Of a DNA stretch of 64,000 bases, positions 1 to 30,866 are shown one piece after another (within the stretch, counting starts at the first letter, position 1; each line of letters opens with the position of its first letter). The stretch is from assembly GCF_964204645.1 (NCBI RefSeq), contig NC_134030.1, forward strand, positions 8,227,122 to 8,291,121. The letters run 5' to 3'. The stretch is from Tubulanus polymorphus. Lineage: Eukaryota; Animalia; Nemertea. Under the pieces are notes generated by a model. The model made no database searches, was not told the origin of the DNA, and saw nothing but the letters and a program-made list of their open reading frames with translations. Both the position numbers and the translations under genes were made by a program.

Positions 1-417
1 CCCCCACATTTTTCAGGTCAGTGGCCACTCTGTAATGCATTTAGGGTGGCAGTAATTGGAGTCGAGAATGACCAATAGATAATGGACTTATCATGAAAAC
101 CCAAGTGGCTTTAATACCAGTTAGCTGTCATCATGTTTTCTCTTTTGAATTAAGAACGTTTCGATCAATTCAGGCCCGTATTTCAAAGGGGGGTTCTAGG
201 AATTGGGGACGGACCCCACTCATCGATAGTCAGCCCTAATGTCAGTTTGATGAAAATTTTAGCATCAATCTTGCATAATTCACTCATAGGTGCCACTTTT
301 TGTGAGTTTTCCTTTAAAACTTCCCTCACTCATTTGATTCAATTGCAGGAAAATGAAGCAGAACTTGGCTTCCGTTTTCATTCAGGTGTGCCAGAAGTCA
401 TTAAATTGCTTCTCTTT

Positions 418-625
418 CAGGGCTGGCAACCTCTGAAAAGTGCTATCAGTAACAAATTGAATTCCATTGAAATATGAACGGAAATAAGTTCACATCTATC
501 AGTAATCAACAGTAAAACCCTCAGTAACATTTTTCATATTTTCTCTGTGTATCAAACAAATCAGTATCAGTATTTCTCGTCATGAAATAGTAACAGATAC
601 TGAAAATCATGAAGTTGGCAGTCTG
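418..625. mobile_element. MITE family A, copy 1
   Basis: TIR CAGGGCTGGCAAC / GTTGGCAGTCTG; body matches 42039-42258. Confidence 0.7.
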
Positions 626-1557
626 CTCTTTGTGTTTGTCAATGTCATATGACGCCATGCACTTATACTGAGTCCAATTTCGTCATTTTTCAACCTCCCC
701 CCTGAAAACAGCTGGCTACGGGCTTGTAATTAATTTCATGATGTCAATCTACTTTCCGAATTCTTATTTAACGCTTGATGAAATCACCGCAGTATTTGAA
801 TTTCATTTGTCATCATGGAACAACAATAACCAGCGCGCGCGATACGAAACGAAAACAATGAGAAACGAAAACAATGAGCACCGTCAATTATTCAAACCTA
901 ATGTATTTTACGCAATATTCAAAACAGATGGCAGCATAGTCTATGTATACAGACACAATAAACAAGATATAAATAGTTGATTTAGTCATTGATGATTAAA
1001 AACTGTGACCTAAACCGTCAACGACTTTTTATAGAAGTACTAATTTCTAGAATAGAATCGAGATCTTTATAGATCATAGACTAGAAATTTCAATACAGCC
1101 GACGCTGACCAGGGGCAGATCTAAGCTATATTGCACTGTATTCCAGAATAAAGTCAGAAAAATGAGAATAACGCATTTTCTAGAAGTACCGGTACCTAAT
1201 CTAACAGGTCCAGAATGCCTTCCAATACACGGAAAATTAGTTATTTTTCAAACTTTTCTCAGGGAGGAACCCCAAATCCCCCTTTAATGAGCTTCGCCGC
1301 CGGCGTATATCATTGAGCGATAATTTTGAGGAACATAGTCAAATCCATCGGCTGGATCCATGCCTGAGACGATGAAGACGATGTAACACCTGGCCCCTCC
1401 GTTCGTCTGACCGTGGTCCACTACATTTATAGGCTACACCGCAATTATGTAGATTCCAAGCTGACCAATTTAGACGAGAAATCCAAACAATAATCAAGAT
1501 AGAACCACAGAATCTACACTCGATCGAGATTTCAAACTGAATCCAACTGGAACCTAA

Positions 1558-1672
1558 GGCACCGGTTTTAAAGACTGGTATTAGCTTATCTTTAACCCGA
1601 GGGTTAACTCAATCGAAAATGAATTAAGTTAGCCCCCGGGTTAAAGTTAACACCAGTCTATAAAACCGGGCC
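1558..1672. repeat. Palindromic MITE-like hairpin
   Basis: CCGGTTTTAAAGACTGGT..TTTAACCCG / CGGGTTAAAG..ACCAGTCTATAAAACCGG inverted arms. Confidence 0.7.
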
Positions 1673-1735
1673 AAGGAGTTTAGGCTAACTAGGAATGCTT
1701 AAGCCTTCGGTCGAAATTAACAAAGCAATACTTAC

Positions 1736-4700
1736 CCTGGCTAAATTGAATTTGACTTAAATTTCAAAAAACCTCGCGACCTTCGGCAAACCCGAATTTT
1801 CTTGGAAGAAGCACTCTCGAGATAATCGGAAAACGACAGACAATTAACAAAACGTTACAACGGTGCCAAGTAAGTACCATCGTAGCATCCATCGTCGACG
1901 AGACAATAATTCAGGGAAAAACCGCAATGCCATAAAAGTTTGTTTGCAAACGACGACAACGGCGGATGCCGCAAAACTGTAGTCGTAGCAACAACAACTA
2001 CAATTGTTGTTCCAACAAACCGCAAAAATGAAACAATCGTTTTGTCTTCCGCGAAGGAGTTCGATGTACTTTAGAGGGGGGAAAAATTCTTCATGGATAC
2101 AGCGGGTTGAAACGAGTAATGTGGGAGAATCGAATGACAAAATCATTGGAAAAATCGGATATTCTGGATTCGAAGCAACTTTTAACATTATTGAATCCAT
2201 TCTAAGTGAAATCGATGAGTGGTCAAATGAATCTTATCATTTCGGCGACTTATTTGATAATATTCGCATCAGGAAGGCTAAAAGATCAAGTTCATCTTTT
2301 TACCGACGAATAACTTGGCATATCGTTGTGCCATCTGGTGTGTACCATTTCGGTAAGCGAGGATCTGCCGAGGAATGAGTAACACTCGGACTGCTTCTAC
2401 ATTTCAATGAGATGTACCGAGGGAACCGAGGATTCAAATCCTGGCAGGATCGCTAGTGGCACCGGGTTTACCGCGCTAGAATTTCCTTCTAAATTCTAAT
2501 CCGTTCTTTTCCGATTAGTAAATCGATTTTCAGCGAAATCTGTATCACACACTGAGCGACAAAGGGAATCTTAGTATCCGATGACTGGTTTGATAGTCTT
2601 CACATTTGGAAGCCTAAAATTCAAGTTCAAACTTCATCGAAAATGAACTGATTTTTTACAACGAATGACCAGTGTTTTGCGGTGCTATGTAGAGGTGCCG
2701 GTATCACCACTAAAACAAATCATTAATGAACACTATGCCAAACTGAAGAAAAAATGCCAACTTGTTTGATGGCTCTTATTGGTAACATACATATCCAGTG
2801 TCTGGATTTTAAAGGCGCCAAAAAATTCTGTTCGAAGTTGCTCTAAATGTGTTTTTAAGATTTTATACCATTCAAATCCTCTTTTCTAGACACCACTTTA
2901 ATCAACACGAGATAAGACGCCTCGATGAAATACTGGAGCAATTTTTGCGATCCACCCACACACTTCACGGACGAGAAGGGGGTTAAACTATTATTAAAAT
3001 CATTGAATTACTAACAACATTGTACGTGTACATAGCAGCAATTCGACATACCTTCGAATTCGAGACGAGTCGATTCCATCTCATCTGTACACAGCTCACA
3101 TTTTCCACATTCCACATTCCGCAAGGTGTCTATAAAGTGTGTACTAACAGTCAGCACAGTTACTTCAAAGAATTTTTCATCACGTTGATACGGGCCGTTG
3201 ACTCGGAGGCTATCGTATATCCTGCTGACAATTGAAATCAAGACATCATTTCGTTTTCAAAACAAAACATAACATTTCCCCTCAAACGCTCATCCCGATT
3301 AAAATCTAAACCTAATAAAGAGTTTCAAAAAGCAGTTTCTTAAAATCAAGTCAATAGTTCAATCATATTTGCGAATTAGCTGAATTTTTTACCTCCCTCA
3401 ACCCTCTTAGGGTGTTCCGAGTTCTTTTTCCGGATTAAGTGGGAAAGGTCAATGCTATAGAGCAGAACAATCGACCCAAAGACTCTGTCGCCACCTGGTT
3501 TGACGAGACCATTGAACGATGGTTTAAATCCGTTCTCAGCCACATTTTCCCGCAGTAAATTGTCTATTATGTTCTTCACCATCCTTTCTATTTTTTCTTC
3601 TTTTACTCTCCTTTTTTTTGCTTAATTCTTACTCTACGGGAGTGCTCGCAGTGGCGGCCTTTCGGCATAATTGATATGCCCTCATGTGAAAGCCTTCTCG
3701 ATCTTCTACAGGCGCGTTTGAAGCAATGTTTTATTGCTGCGGCCAAATGCCGATTTTGGATAGATTCTTAATATTGCCGCGGCGAATTGACTTAATTTCT
3801 TCAAAAACGTGGTATTCAAAGAAAAAAAACATCATTTAGTAAATTATTGCCAATAGATGCACCAATAAGTGAATGACAACCCTTTACATACAAGAACCTA
3901 TCAAGAGTATATTTCACTTTGTTCTAACCAGGGTATCAGGGTATATTTTTTTTACCCGTGACACAAAAAAATTGTATTGATGCCTTGAACAGTATCACAT
4001 TGTAGACAATAAACAATATAACATGAAACAAAATATTAAGGATCAATAACGATATTTTGGATTTGAATAAATCGATAATTCAATTGAATTGACCGGCAAC
4101 CAGTCCAACCCCGATATAGCCTATCGATAATGAAATGCACATGCTCTCGAAAAATTATCCTAATTTATCAACCAAAAAGAGAAGATAATTGAATGCAGCA
4201 TATCCATACAGCCAATATATAAGTATCATGCATATTACGAAGATGACCATAAGCTTACACAATTGAGCAAGTTCTAACCAATGAAATGAAATTAAGGGCT
4301 TCGATTTATGGTGAAATAAACTAAAATCATCAGCAGAAACCTTGGCAGGCCAGCTTGCTACCATTAATAAGATCAAAACAAAGCCATCTATTTTTGCCTT
4401 AACAATCTAAACATTGTTTTATCAACAGCTAATATAAGCTTAGTCTTAAAAACAATTCTCAGTAATTTTCTACCAGGCATTTCTACCTCTGGAATTATTA
4501 CCAGTAGGCCTAGATCTCAACTTGCAGTCAACAGGGGTGGATCCAGGAATTAAGGATACTTCCTAAACCAATTGCATGGTACATGGAATAGAGTGTACAG
4601 TAAGAAATGAAGCCTTGTAGTAGGGGTATGGAGATCCTCCCGCAAGAAAATTTAGATTTTGAAAACATCTATCATTAGCATCTCACATGATTCTATACAC

Positions 4701-5560
4701 ATTATATGATGGGAAGGGCCTAATTTCATGAAAAGTACAACTCAAATTGGTGCTTTTATTGTAATTGGATCATGCATTCAATGAAGGACAACTATTCAAA
4801 GTTAACCATTCTATGCTTTAAAAATATTTCATAAAACTGAGCTTGTTGCAACAGAAAAAATAGGGGGAGCTCAGACCCCTGAATCCGCCCATTAGCCTCC
4901 TCCCTGTGTGACCGATCTAAAAATTGACACTGGACCAGGCTTTTCAGTCATTGATAGGTCTTAATAAAATAAGTTGACAAGTGAAATTAGTAGCCAACTC
5001 TGCTGACCTAATGATCATTAAGTAGGGCATGCATGCCATGTTCGTTCGATGATGTTGTGATGCACGAACAATGCCGAAAAAGTAGAGTATTCTCCGAGGC
5101 CATTCTTTCCAGTCAATACAACAATTGTCACAACATCTTTTGTGATTCACTCATTCAAAACTGTGTTATGCCTAAAGTCCGAGCACAAATCGAATGGACG
5201 CTGACTCACTGGTCAGTTATCGGACACTCGAACACGTGCTCGACCCGATGAGAGGAGCCTCACCACACGCGCCACGCACCAAACTGACACTGACAGTCGG
5301 TCAGTGAGTGTAACTAAGAGGCCTTATCAGTGGGCCTAAACTTAAATACAAGCCGCATGGGCATGACCTAACAGTCGGCGATAAGCCTGAATAATCCAGA
5401 AATTTTAAAAGTTGAAAGAATTACCGTAAACTGCATCGTTACACAGCCGCCTAAAGAAAACAGACCAGCGTTAAATCAGAAAACCGCGCCGTGATCCATT
5501 TGAAGCGGGAGACATGACTCAGAGAGCCGCTTTAGGAGAATTGCTAACAAATCAGTAACA
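1736..5560 (-). other. Possible 5' untranslated exons of a minus-strand gene extending left of the window
   Basis: Minus-strand donors GG|GTAAGT at 1735, GT|GTAAGC near 4257 and CG|GTAATT near 5424; CpG-richer patches; no coding frame recognised. Confidence 0.3.
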
Positions 5561-8500
5561 CCTTTGCATAGCGTCTGAAATTGACTTGATGATTATGCTC
5601 TCTCGCTATTACACAATAATACATTGGATATCGTATGTATGAATAATATGAATAAAAGTAAAAACGTTGCGTAAATAAGTTCAAAAGCGAAATTATAGTA
5701 GTACAGTCGGTATTTCAATTCTCCTTACTCGGCTCGCACTAGGTTAGGAGGCGGAGCTACAGTGTGATTGGCTCAGGACCGTGAATGGATGACGTCATTT
5801 TACTACGTTTACTACGCCGAGAAGAATGGTGTTCCAAGCAATGCGCCAGAGATCGATGGTTCGAATCCCATGTCGATTCTATTTTTAATCGCAGATAGCA
5901 CAATCGTTGTCATATTTCTTTTCTGTTAAGTCAAATCGAGAACAAATTGAGAACAAATTTGAAATTTTTGTGATACACTTTCGCATATCTTTATTTCACA
6001 AATCACTATTTTACAATGTAGGCCTATGTACATTTTACAGTGTGGCCCTTGACACAAAATTGTTAATTCAATAATTGACATGGTTAATTCAACATCAAGG
6101 CCATGGAGAGGAAAAAATCTTCTCAGAAAATAATATCCTACTCTAATTTTCAAACAATCGAAGGAATTGATTTTGATGCGTAGTACTTACTAGCACAGTG
6201 AATTCTAATCTGTCAAAAGATGGATGACTCTTTTTGAAATAAAAAAATGCAATTTCAGACTTGTATATTACAAGTGACATAGGGTACATATCAGAATGCA
6301 GGGGCTTGAACACCCCTGGATAGGTTCCACTTCATGGTACAGTAAACCACGCATAAGTCTTATTAGGATAAGTTGGATATCAAAAAGTTCATTCTCAAAA
6401 TCTCATTTTAAATCTTACAGTCCAAAACATCGATTACTGCTTATCATTTGGGACCATAAAAATTCATCCGACTTGCAGCAAATCCGACTAAAGTCATTTT
6501 CTTGAATACTAATGAACAGATGGACTCCAAATATTGACCGGATTAGACCAAAATCTGGATAAAGCCGATGCGTAGTAGACCCAACTTTATTGCTAGATTG
6601 GTACGACATAAGTGAATGTTCTTCAGTAAATTATATATCCCTACCCCGGCACTAAGTTTTCCTGATACTTGTATCATCCAGCTTACTGATGACAAAAGAC
6701 AAAACATTACTTCAACTCCACTGTCAAACGATAACCAAATTAAAATGTGGACAATATGTATATATATATTCATATTATGGTATTCACACATAAAACTTCA
6801 TTCCCGAAATTTACATCAATATCATATATTTTCATATATACAGTATTTTTCCATTATTTCCATTACATTGAACAACCATGTACAGATGAGATGTATGAAA
6901 TACCATCGTCGCTCTCAAATACAAGTTAGATCATGCACCTATTAAACCTGAGCGTACCATATTCGAGTGAAGTCGAATCAGCTGCTAAGTGTCAAATTCA
7001 TGTACAATTATTACATGCAGGAGGAAGAAACAACTTGTTGATTTTGCGAATTTCTTATCATCAAGGGGTAAAGCATTCGCTTTGATATTGAGGCATATAT
7101 CGAATTGTCTTAAAAGGTATTTCTTGGTCCAACGAAATCATAAATTCTTAAAACAATACAGGGACCAGTTTCGACTTAAACTCAATGTGAGTTGACCTCA
7201 GGGTAGCTAAAAATCTAACTTCCAACAGTTACTAGTGGCGCTCCTGGATGCTTTATCTTCAATATTTCCAGTATGGCACTCCAACATCCCAAAAAATGGT
7301 GAACTGTATTCAAAATTATGACAAGAAATCAATCGAATTAAATCATCGACCGCGGAAGCCATTTTCTTAACCAGTAATGTTAGGTATTCGTCCTAATTTC
7401 AGCCCAGCCCTACACTATCTTTTAATAACGTGACTTTTCATATAGGACACACTTATTAATCATTCACATTTACCCACATAAATACTATTTCTGTACATTA
7501 TATATATACATATACATCAATTAATACATTATTATTATAGTCAATATCAGTTTATAGTTTAATTTGCATTGATTGTGTTTTTTCACCAGTGTTTTCGTCG
7601 CTACGATATCTTGCTTAAATCTAATCGGCTACATATCATCAAGATATTCCTAAAATTGACTTGCATTAGCAGTCATTCCACACTACCTAAAACACATACA
7701 ACTAACACCCTTTTTATAGGCACCACTAGTATTCTAGTAGCTACACTAAGAATCAATGTACACAAATGACGCACAATTCATTAATTACACAGACAATATT
7801 TCACCAATTTCTACCCATTTTCCCCAAGGTGCATATGTTATCTTATGAATGAAATAATCAACCTTATGTTCATGGTATTATTCCCATACCACAGCATCAT
7901 TTAATCAATAATCATTCCATCATAAATTTCTAATGAAAAATAATTGCATTAACAAGACTGTCCTGGCAAAATTCTTAATCAAATTTTGATGACAAATATG
8001 TAGGTTGAAATAGTAGCTGCGAAAATGAACCCAGAATGAAATACGACAGTGATTGAATGTACCGTCATACATACCCCGATCATGAACATACAACAGTATT
8101 TTTTTCTTTTCACCTCTCATTAATGAATGGAACATAGAATGAAATACTGGCACACTTGATGGCCTAACAAAACATTAGGTCACTTATAGTGAAAATCAGT
8201 TCTTGCCATTCTCACTCAAAATATGGTATACATTTCACCGAAAATTGATTTAATGATGAGAAAAGTTGATTATCTAATTATATAAAGAAATTCAAACGCA
8301 GTAACCTAATGCCACAAGCGATCCTGGCAGATTATCAATGAATCCTCGCTTCCCTCAGTAGCGTTGCCGGTATCCAATTGAAAAGACGAGGCATACTCTT
8401 TTTTATGAATTCATGTTACTCATACCTATCTACTTGATGTACTAATCTAAACTACAATGACAGGGTCCCTACAGATCCCTTATTCCTGGATATAAAGAGT

Positions 8501-9736
8501 TTGAAAGGGGAAAATTTCAAATTTTGATGAAGTGTCAGCATTTTCCATTTAGAAGACATTTTCTAAGAAATCAAGGAGTTGTAAGGACCCTGAAAGGTAC
8601 CATTACTGTGATTACCAGCAGTGTATAGTATTTGTACTTAGGTATATTCGTTCAGGTTCACTCGGGAGTTCTATTCATAAGATATGATATTCATAGGATA
8701 CAAAATACAAACAGTTCAATTAATAGTTCTGATTTTTTCACTTTAGACTTACTCAGTCTTGAAACTAATTTACAATATTACTGTTATGCGCTGATACTTC
8801 CACTACACCTTATGTATCGTTATCTTCTCAATTCATTTCACCGTCCAAAAAATCAACCTTAAGCACCCATTTTCACGCGTCTAAAAATCCATTAATCGAT
8901 AACATGAACAAATTAGAAGATGTATCACTCGATCAATAATATTTACATTGAGCAATGATTCGAATGAAACATAGGTGGTGCCACAAGTATATTCTACAAT
9001 CATCAAAAACAGTACACGCCCAGGAACCACAAAAAGGCATTTTCTTCCCTAATTAAGACATGAGAAAATCAGGTGGATGCAAGAAGGCCACTGATATCGG
9101 TGATTGAAGCGTTAAGAAGAAAGCAAACTTGATTTTGCCATTCGAGTTTCTGGCGTTGAAGCAAAACATCAACGAGCAAATATAAAACCTGGACGAAATC
9201 TTATTTTATCACACACAGGCAATAGCTTCGAACAATTTCTCGTGTTCTCTCTTTGATATTAGGCTTGTAGTATCTCTAGTAATGTATATCATAAGCAAGG
9301 CACAATAAGAAAGTACGGTACATTCCGACCAGAAATATTTCTCATTATGTCATTTACATTTATTAGCAAACTTTAAGCACCCCTGATGTGCTTTATGTTC
9401 AAAATTTCAATAAATACCTTTGTTTTAAGTTCTAATAATAATTACCCTTCAAACTCGATGTCGATATTATTTTGTAATGTTATTCTAGCTCTCATACATC
9501 TTCCATCTGCATCAAGTTCACATTCAAATTCACGTTCAAATTCTGTGAAACTAGTCTGATGGGAGAACGATTACTTACTGAGATCACTTCCGGTTGTTAC
9601 AATACTGTCGTAAAGGTGTCATTTCAGGTGTTAAAAAGATCGCGCGATAAACCTATGATACGTCGAAAACATGAGCGATGAAAAATAGTTACTATAATCT
9701 TTATAGGTAAGTAATCGTTTTCGGGACAGAGATGTA

Positions 9737-9738
<2 letters not shown>

Positions 9739-9770
<32 letters not shown>
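9739..9770. repeat. (TGA)n microsatellite
   Basis: ~10 TGA units. Confidence 0.9.
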
Positions 9771-11043
9771 GCGACGGCGACAATGAAAAACGAAGGAAGC
9801 TGATGAACGAAGTTTATACAGACTCAACAAAAAATATGTACATATATTCAGGCCTTAATCCTTTTCGTGAAACAAGGCCCTGAGGCTTAACTGACTTACT
9901 TTTCACGAGTTTTAAAGGTTATATACCATAAGGAGGTATAACATAATGCCAGCCAACTGCAAGTCGACTTTGGTTGGCGATTTGCTCTTGACCATCAATA
10001 TGGACATTATCGGTACGTCCATGACGTCTTAAGGCGCTATGCATGTAATATACATCAATACAATAACAACTATAATTATGTCACTATAAAACCGAAGACC
10101 TTGCTACCAGTTGAAAAATGGCTGCCGTTAATGAAAAGCTTGCATTTTTTGTAGACTAGATTTATTTCATCTAATTACATATGGTTGAATATAATCTGTG
10201 CAATGTGATACCACAACCCGCATGTCATAATTATACAGTTCCCTGATAGAAAAAGAAGAATGGACAGTCGACCTCTGCTCCATCCTATCTCTAGTGGCAG
10301 TTAACAGAACATTAAATACAAAGGAGTATCTTAACTACCGGGTACACGCATAATTGTAAGTCATGCTAAGCAATCTTGCATTCATATACAAAATATATAT
10401 TATACATGGGGATACATGACCCGGCATGTGATGTAATATACTCATCATACGAATGGATGGTAGTGATCTAGAATATCAATAGCACTATACTTAACTCATG
10501 TAAGATTATAATCGAAGCATATTAACTTAAAAAGCCTTAGCATAGCCTATACATAAAAAAAATTTTCGATCTTCAAATTTATCATAATATATCGATCTTA
10601 TTACATCTCGCGAAACCATAAGCATTTCACAAGTTTAGTTTGAATATTTACAAGCTTCGTTTTTTTTTTGTTTCTAATATTTTTCTTAATGCTCAATGAC
10701 GTACTGAAAAAATATATGTACTTTTTGTATCTACATTACTGGCACTTTAAAAGGGTCTGAATGCAAAATATATTCGTTCCTCAGTCTACCCTATGTACAC
10801 TTTTTTGAAAGATGATAGGTTAAAAACATTTATTTTCAGCTGGCATCAAGGTCGACAGGAGAACTTCATATTCGAAAATAAGCAGGTTTAAAAAAGATCG
10901 TGCTAATGTATTCGTCGTTCATTTTCATATGGAAGTCTCAGATTTTCAAATGCATGTCGTTAAAAGCCTAGATAGTTTATCCCCATCCTTGAACAACTTA
11001 ACATTGTATAAATGTATTATTCTGGCATAAAACAGCACAGTAG

Positions 11044-11047
<4 letters not shown>

Positions 11048-11098
<51 letters not shown>
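11048..11098. repeat. (AG)n microsatellite
   Basis: ~25 AG units with one interruption. Confidence 0.95.
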
Positions 11099-11100
<2 letters not shown>

Positions 11101-11297
11101 TCAAACATTAGACTGAAGCTGAACAGCTTGTAGCCTAACTGAACAATATAATATCAAAACATTTCAGTTAACAACCTTTCGATTTTCGATGAATAATCTT
11201 TAATGTAAGTGGTCCTCACTTTAAAAACACAATCGGTTGCAGATCTTTCGTAGAATATTCACAGCAGTCGCCGAGAGACATTATCTTTTGAGTAAAA

Positions 11298-12564
11298 CAA
11301 ACTAGGGGTCCAGGGACACCATGCCCACTTGGGAAGTGGTTTCAAATGCTCAACAATCTAACAATTTCAATATTCAACACCCTCTGGTGACCATATACAA
11401 AAACCAATGACCTTGAAACTCAATACAATCATAAAACATGTCAGCAGCTACGATTTTGTAATTGATTGTGATAACAAACAATGCCTCGTTGACAATTTAA
11501 TATGGAAATACTAAGTTATTCTACTATTCAACGCCCCCTGGTGACCATATTCAAAACCCAATAACCTTGTAACTCACCATATTCATAGAACATGTCATGA
11601 ACTACAACTTTGCAATTGATGATGGTAAGAAAATATGCCTAGGTACCAATATAATAAGGAAATACCAGGTTATTCTACTATTCAACGCCCCCTGGTGACC
11701 ATATACATTAACTAATGTCCTTAAAACTCACCATAATCATGGAAGATGTCATGAGCTACAACTTTGCAATTGATTACGGAAACAAAATATGTATTGGTAC
11801 AAATATAATATAGAAATACTAAGATATTGTATTATTCAACGCCCCCTGGTGGCCATATACAAAAAACAATGAACTTGAAACTCACCCCAATCATAGAACA
11901 CGTTATACGCTACAACTTTCTAATTCATTGTTGTACCAAAATATGCTTAGGTATCAATATAATGTCGAAATCTTTTTCCCACCTACAAATAAGTACTAAT
12001 GACACCAAGATGGCCGCCAATTGCATCATAATTGGCGGATCAAAAATACCTGTCTCAGGTATAAAACATCCCTTTACAAAGAATACCCATCACAAATTGC
12101 AATGAGAAATGGCAAACCAGTAGGAAGCTACAGGACCTAGAATTCTGGCCAAATTTGACATTTTTGGGCACTTAAAAGGTCATAGGACGGCCATCTTAAG
12201 TCAGATGGACCCAATTTTTCTTATGCTGATGGGCCCTTGGTAGATTCAAATATAATCGAAAGATCAAGGTAAATGATCAAAGCCTCTTCAAAATTTCCCT
12301 CGTAAACTTCGAAAATGTGTAAAAAGTGCTTTTTTTGGCGAACAACAATGGCTGCCAGTCGGCCATCTTGAATCTGACAGGGCCAGTTTTTGGGCTGAAG
12401 ATGTGTCTAGGGTAGATACATGTATAAACCAAATATCAAGACATTACCTTGAAGCGTCTTCAAAACTTCCCAAAATAACTGGATTCCGTCTACGGACGGA
12501 CGGACGACGGACGAAAAATGAACGCAATAGCCCGCTGGGACTTAAGTCCCAAGTGGGCTAAAAA
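11298..12564 (+). mobile_element. Non-autonomous HINE/pearl-like (Helentron-associated) element with four 154-bp internal tandem units
   Basis: Subterminal IR GCCCACTTGGGA (11323) / TCCCAAGTGGGC (12547); units start at 11371, 11525, 11679 and 11833; (ACGG)n microsatellite near 12492; 3' palindrome TAGCCCGCTGGGACTTAAGTCCCAAGTGGGCTA; A-rich flanks. Confidence 0.8.
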
Positions 12565-13652
12565 TGGCACAAATTTATGATTGAAGACCGAATAATTCAT
12601 CGAAATACTGTATGTATGTTGGTGAAAAGAGACTCCCACAATAATGACGAAAAATAAAGCCAAAAAATGTTTCCTTGAGCTAGTAGTCTATTCAATGTTT
12701 CGACTAATAGTCATCTTCAGGTATTGTTGGCGATGAGTATTATTGTGGGATTCTCTTTATATTATCGTCACAACACGGATATAGTGCGCGATTAATGGTG
12801 AACTGTATGCTGGCTTTAAAAATTCTGACATCATCAGAATTTAGTGTATTAGGTCATTTTCACCCCGGCCTAACCGATCAACATAGCGGAAAACTTAGAT
12901 AAAAAGAAATATTTTCATTAAGTACAATCATCACTGCATACATTCATACATACTAACTGCATTAAAAATTAAACACTAGAATTAAAACAAATAAACCAAT
13001 CGGAAAAGACGCTAAAACGCTTCATGGCAACAAAATTACATGAAAATTCAATAATAACAGGTGTATACGCAGTGTAACTCCAATTCTTTCATCGTACTAA
13101 CTCATCCTGCATGACTAACTGTGGGTAGGCAGACCAGTCCATCTAGTGGTGTCCAGATCAGCCACTTTCTGCTACTGTTTCACCCGACCTACGAAGCTAC
13201 GATTAGCAGCTGTTCCTCATTCGAGTCAATGAACTTTGTTTTATTGCATTTCGACGCTGTGAATGATCACATCCATTAGCTGACCACGTAAGCCAGCCGT
13301 GTAAAATGTTTGCATCGAAATCGCAAGAATAAAACCGAAGTTCCGTGGTGCTTGAAATTTGTCCCGTTCCAATCAGTCAGACGATCACAATTCGCTATTA
13401 TCTTACTAATCCCTGAGTGAGAGTAAGCCGGCTGTATGAACGAGCTGCGGCACATCAACGACCCGGGACGCAGTCACCGCGTTCTGCACGCGCGGCACCG
13501 GGATACAACCAACCTACTCTTCGTCTTCTACTATGCGCTCCGTCGATGCTATATACAACCCGACGACTGTATCCCCGTGCCCTGAGGCTGACGCGCACGC
13601 ACACGCTTAGAAGACATTACACAGCTTGTATAGCTGTTCGTCGGTCTGTGAG

Positions 13653-30866
<17,214 letters not shown>

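Noticed and set aside
1844-2378. Overlapping 118-aa and 124-aa ORFs
   Set aside because: No recognisable motifs, partly (CAA)n-derived, and running into a repeat; more likely UTR or promoter sequence.
2376-2430. Sarcin-ricin/loop-E motif (AGUA...GGAACCG) or HDV-like ribozyme
   Set aside because: AGUA is more simply paired in the TGAGT/ATTCA stem, and no HDV double-pseudoknot pattern could be built.
5815-5885. tRNA gene at GATGGTTCGAATCCC followed by a T-run
   Set aside because: A B-box is present, but no coherent acceptor, D or anticodon stems; at best a SINE or pseudo-tRNA remnant. The same applies to ~52680-52760 and ~62670.
9624-9830. Poly-His ORF
   Set aside because: It arises from the (TGA)n microsatellite and has no splice or coding support.
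11371-11990. Regularly spaced repeats as a CRISPR array
   Set aside because: Whole 154-bp units are homologous with no unique spacers, the context is eukaryotic and there are no cas genes.
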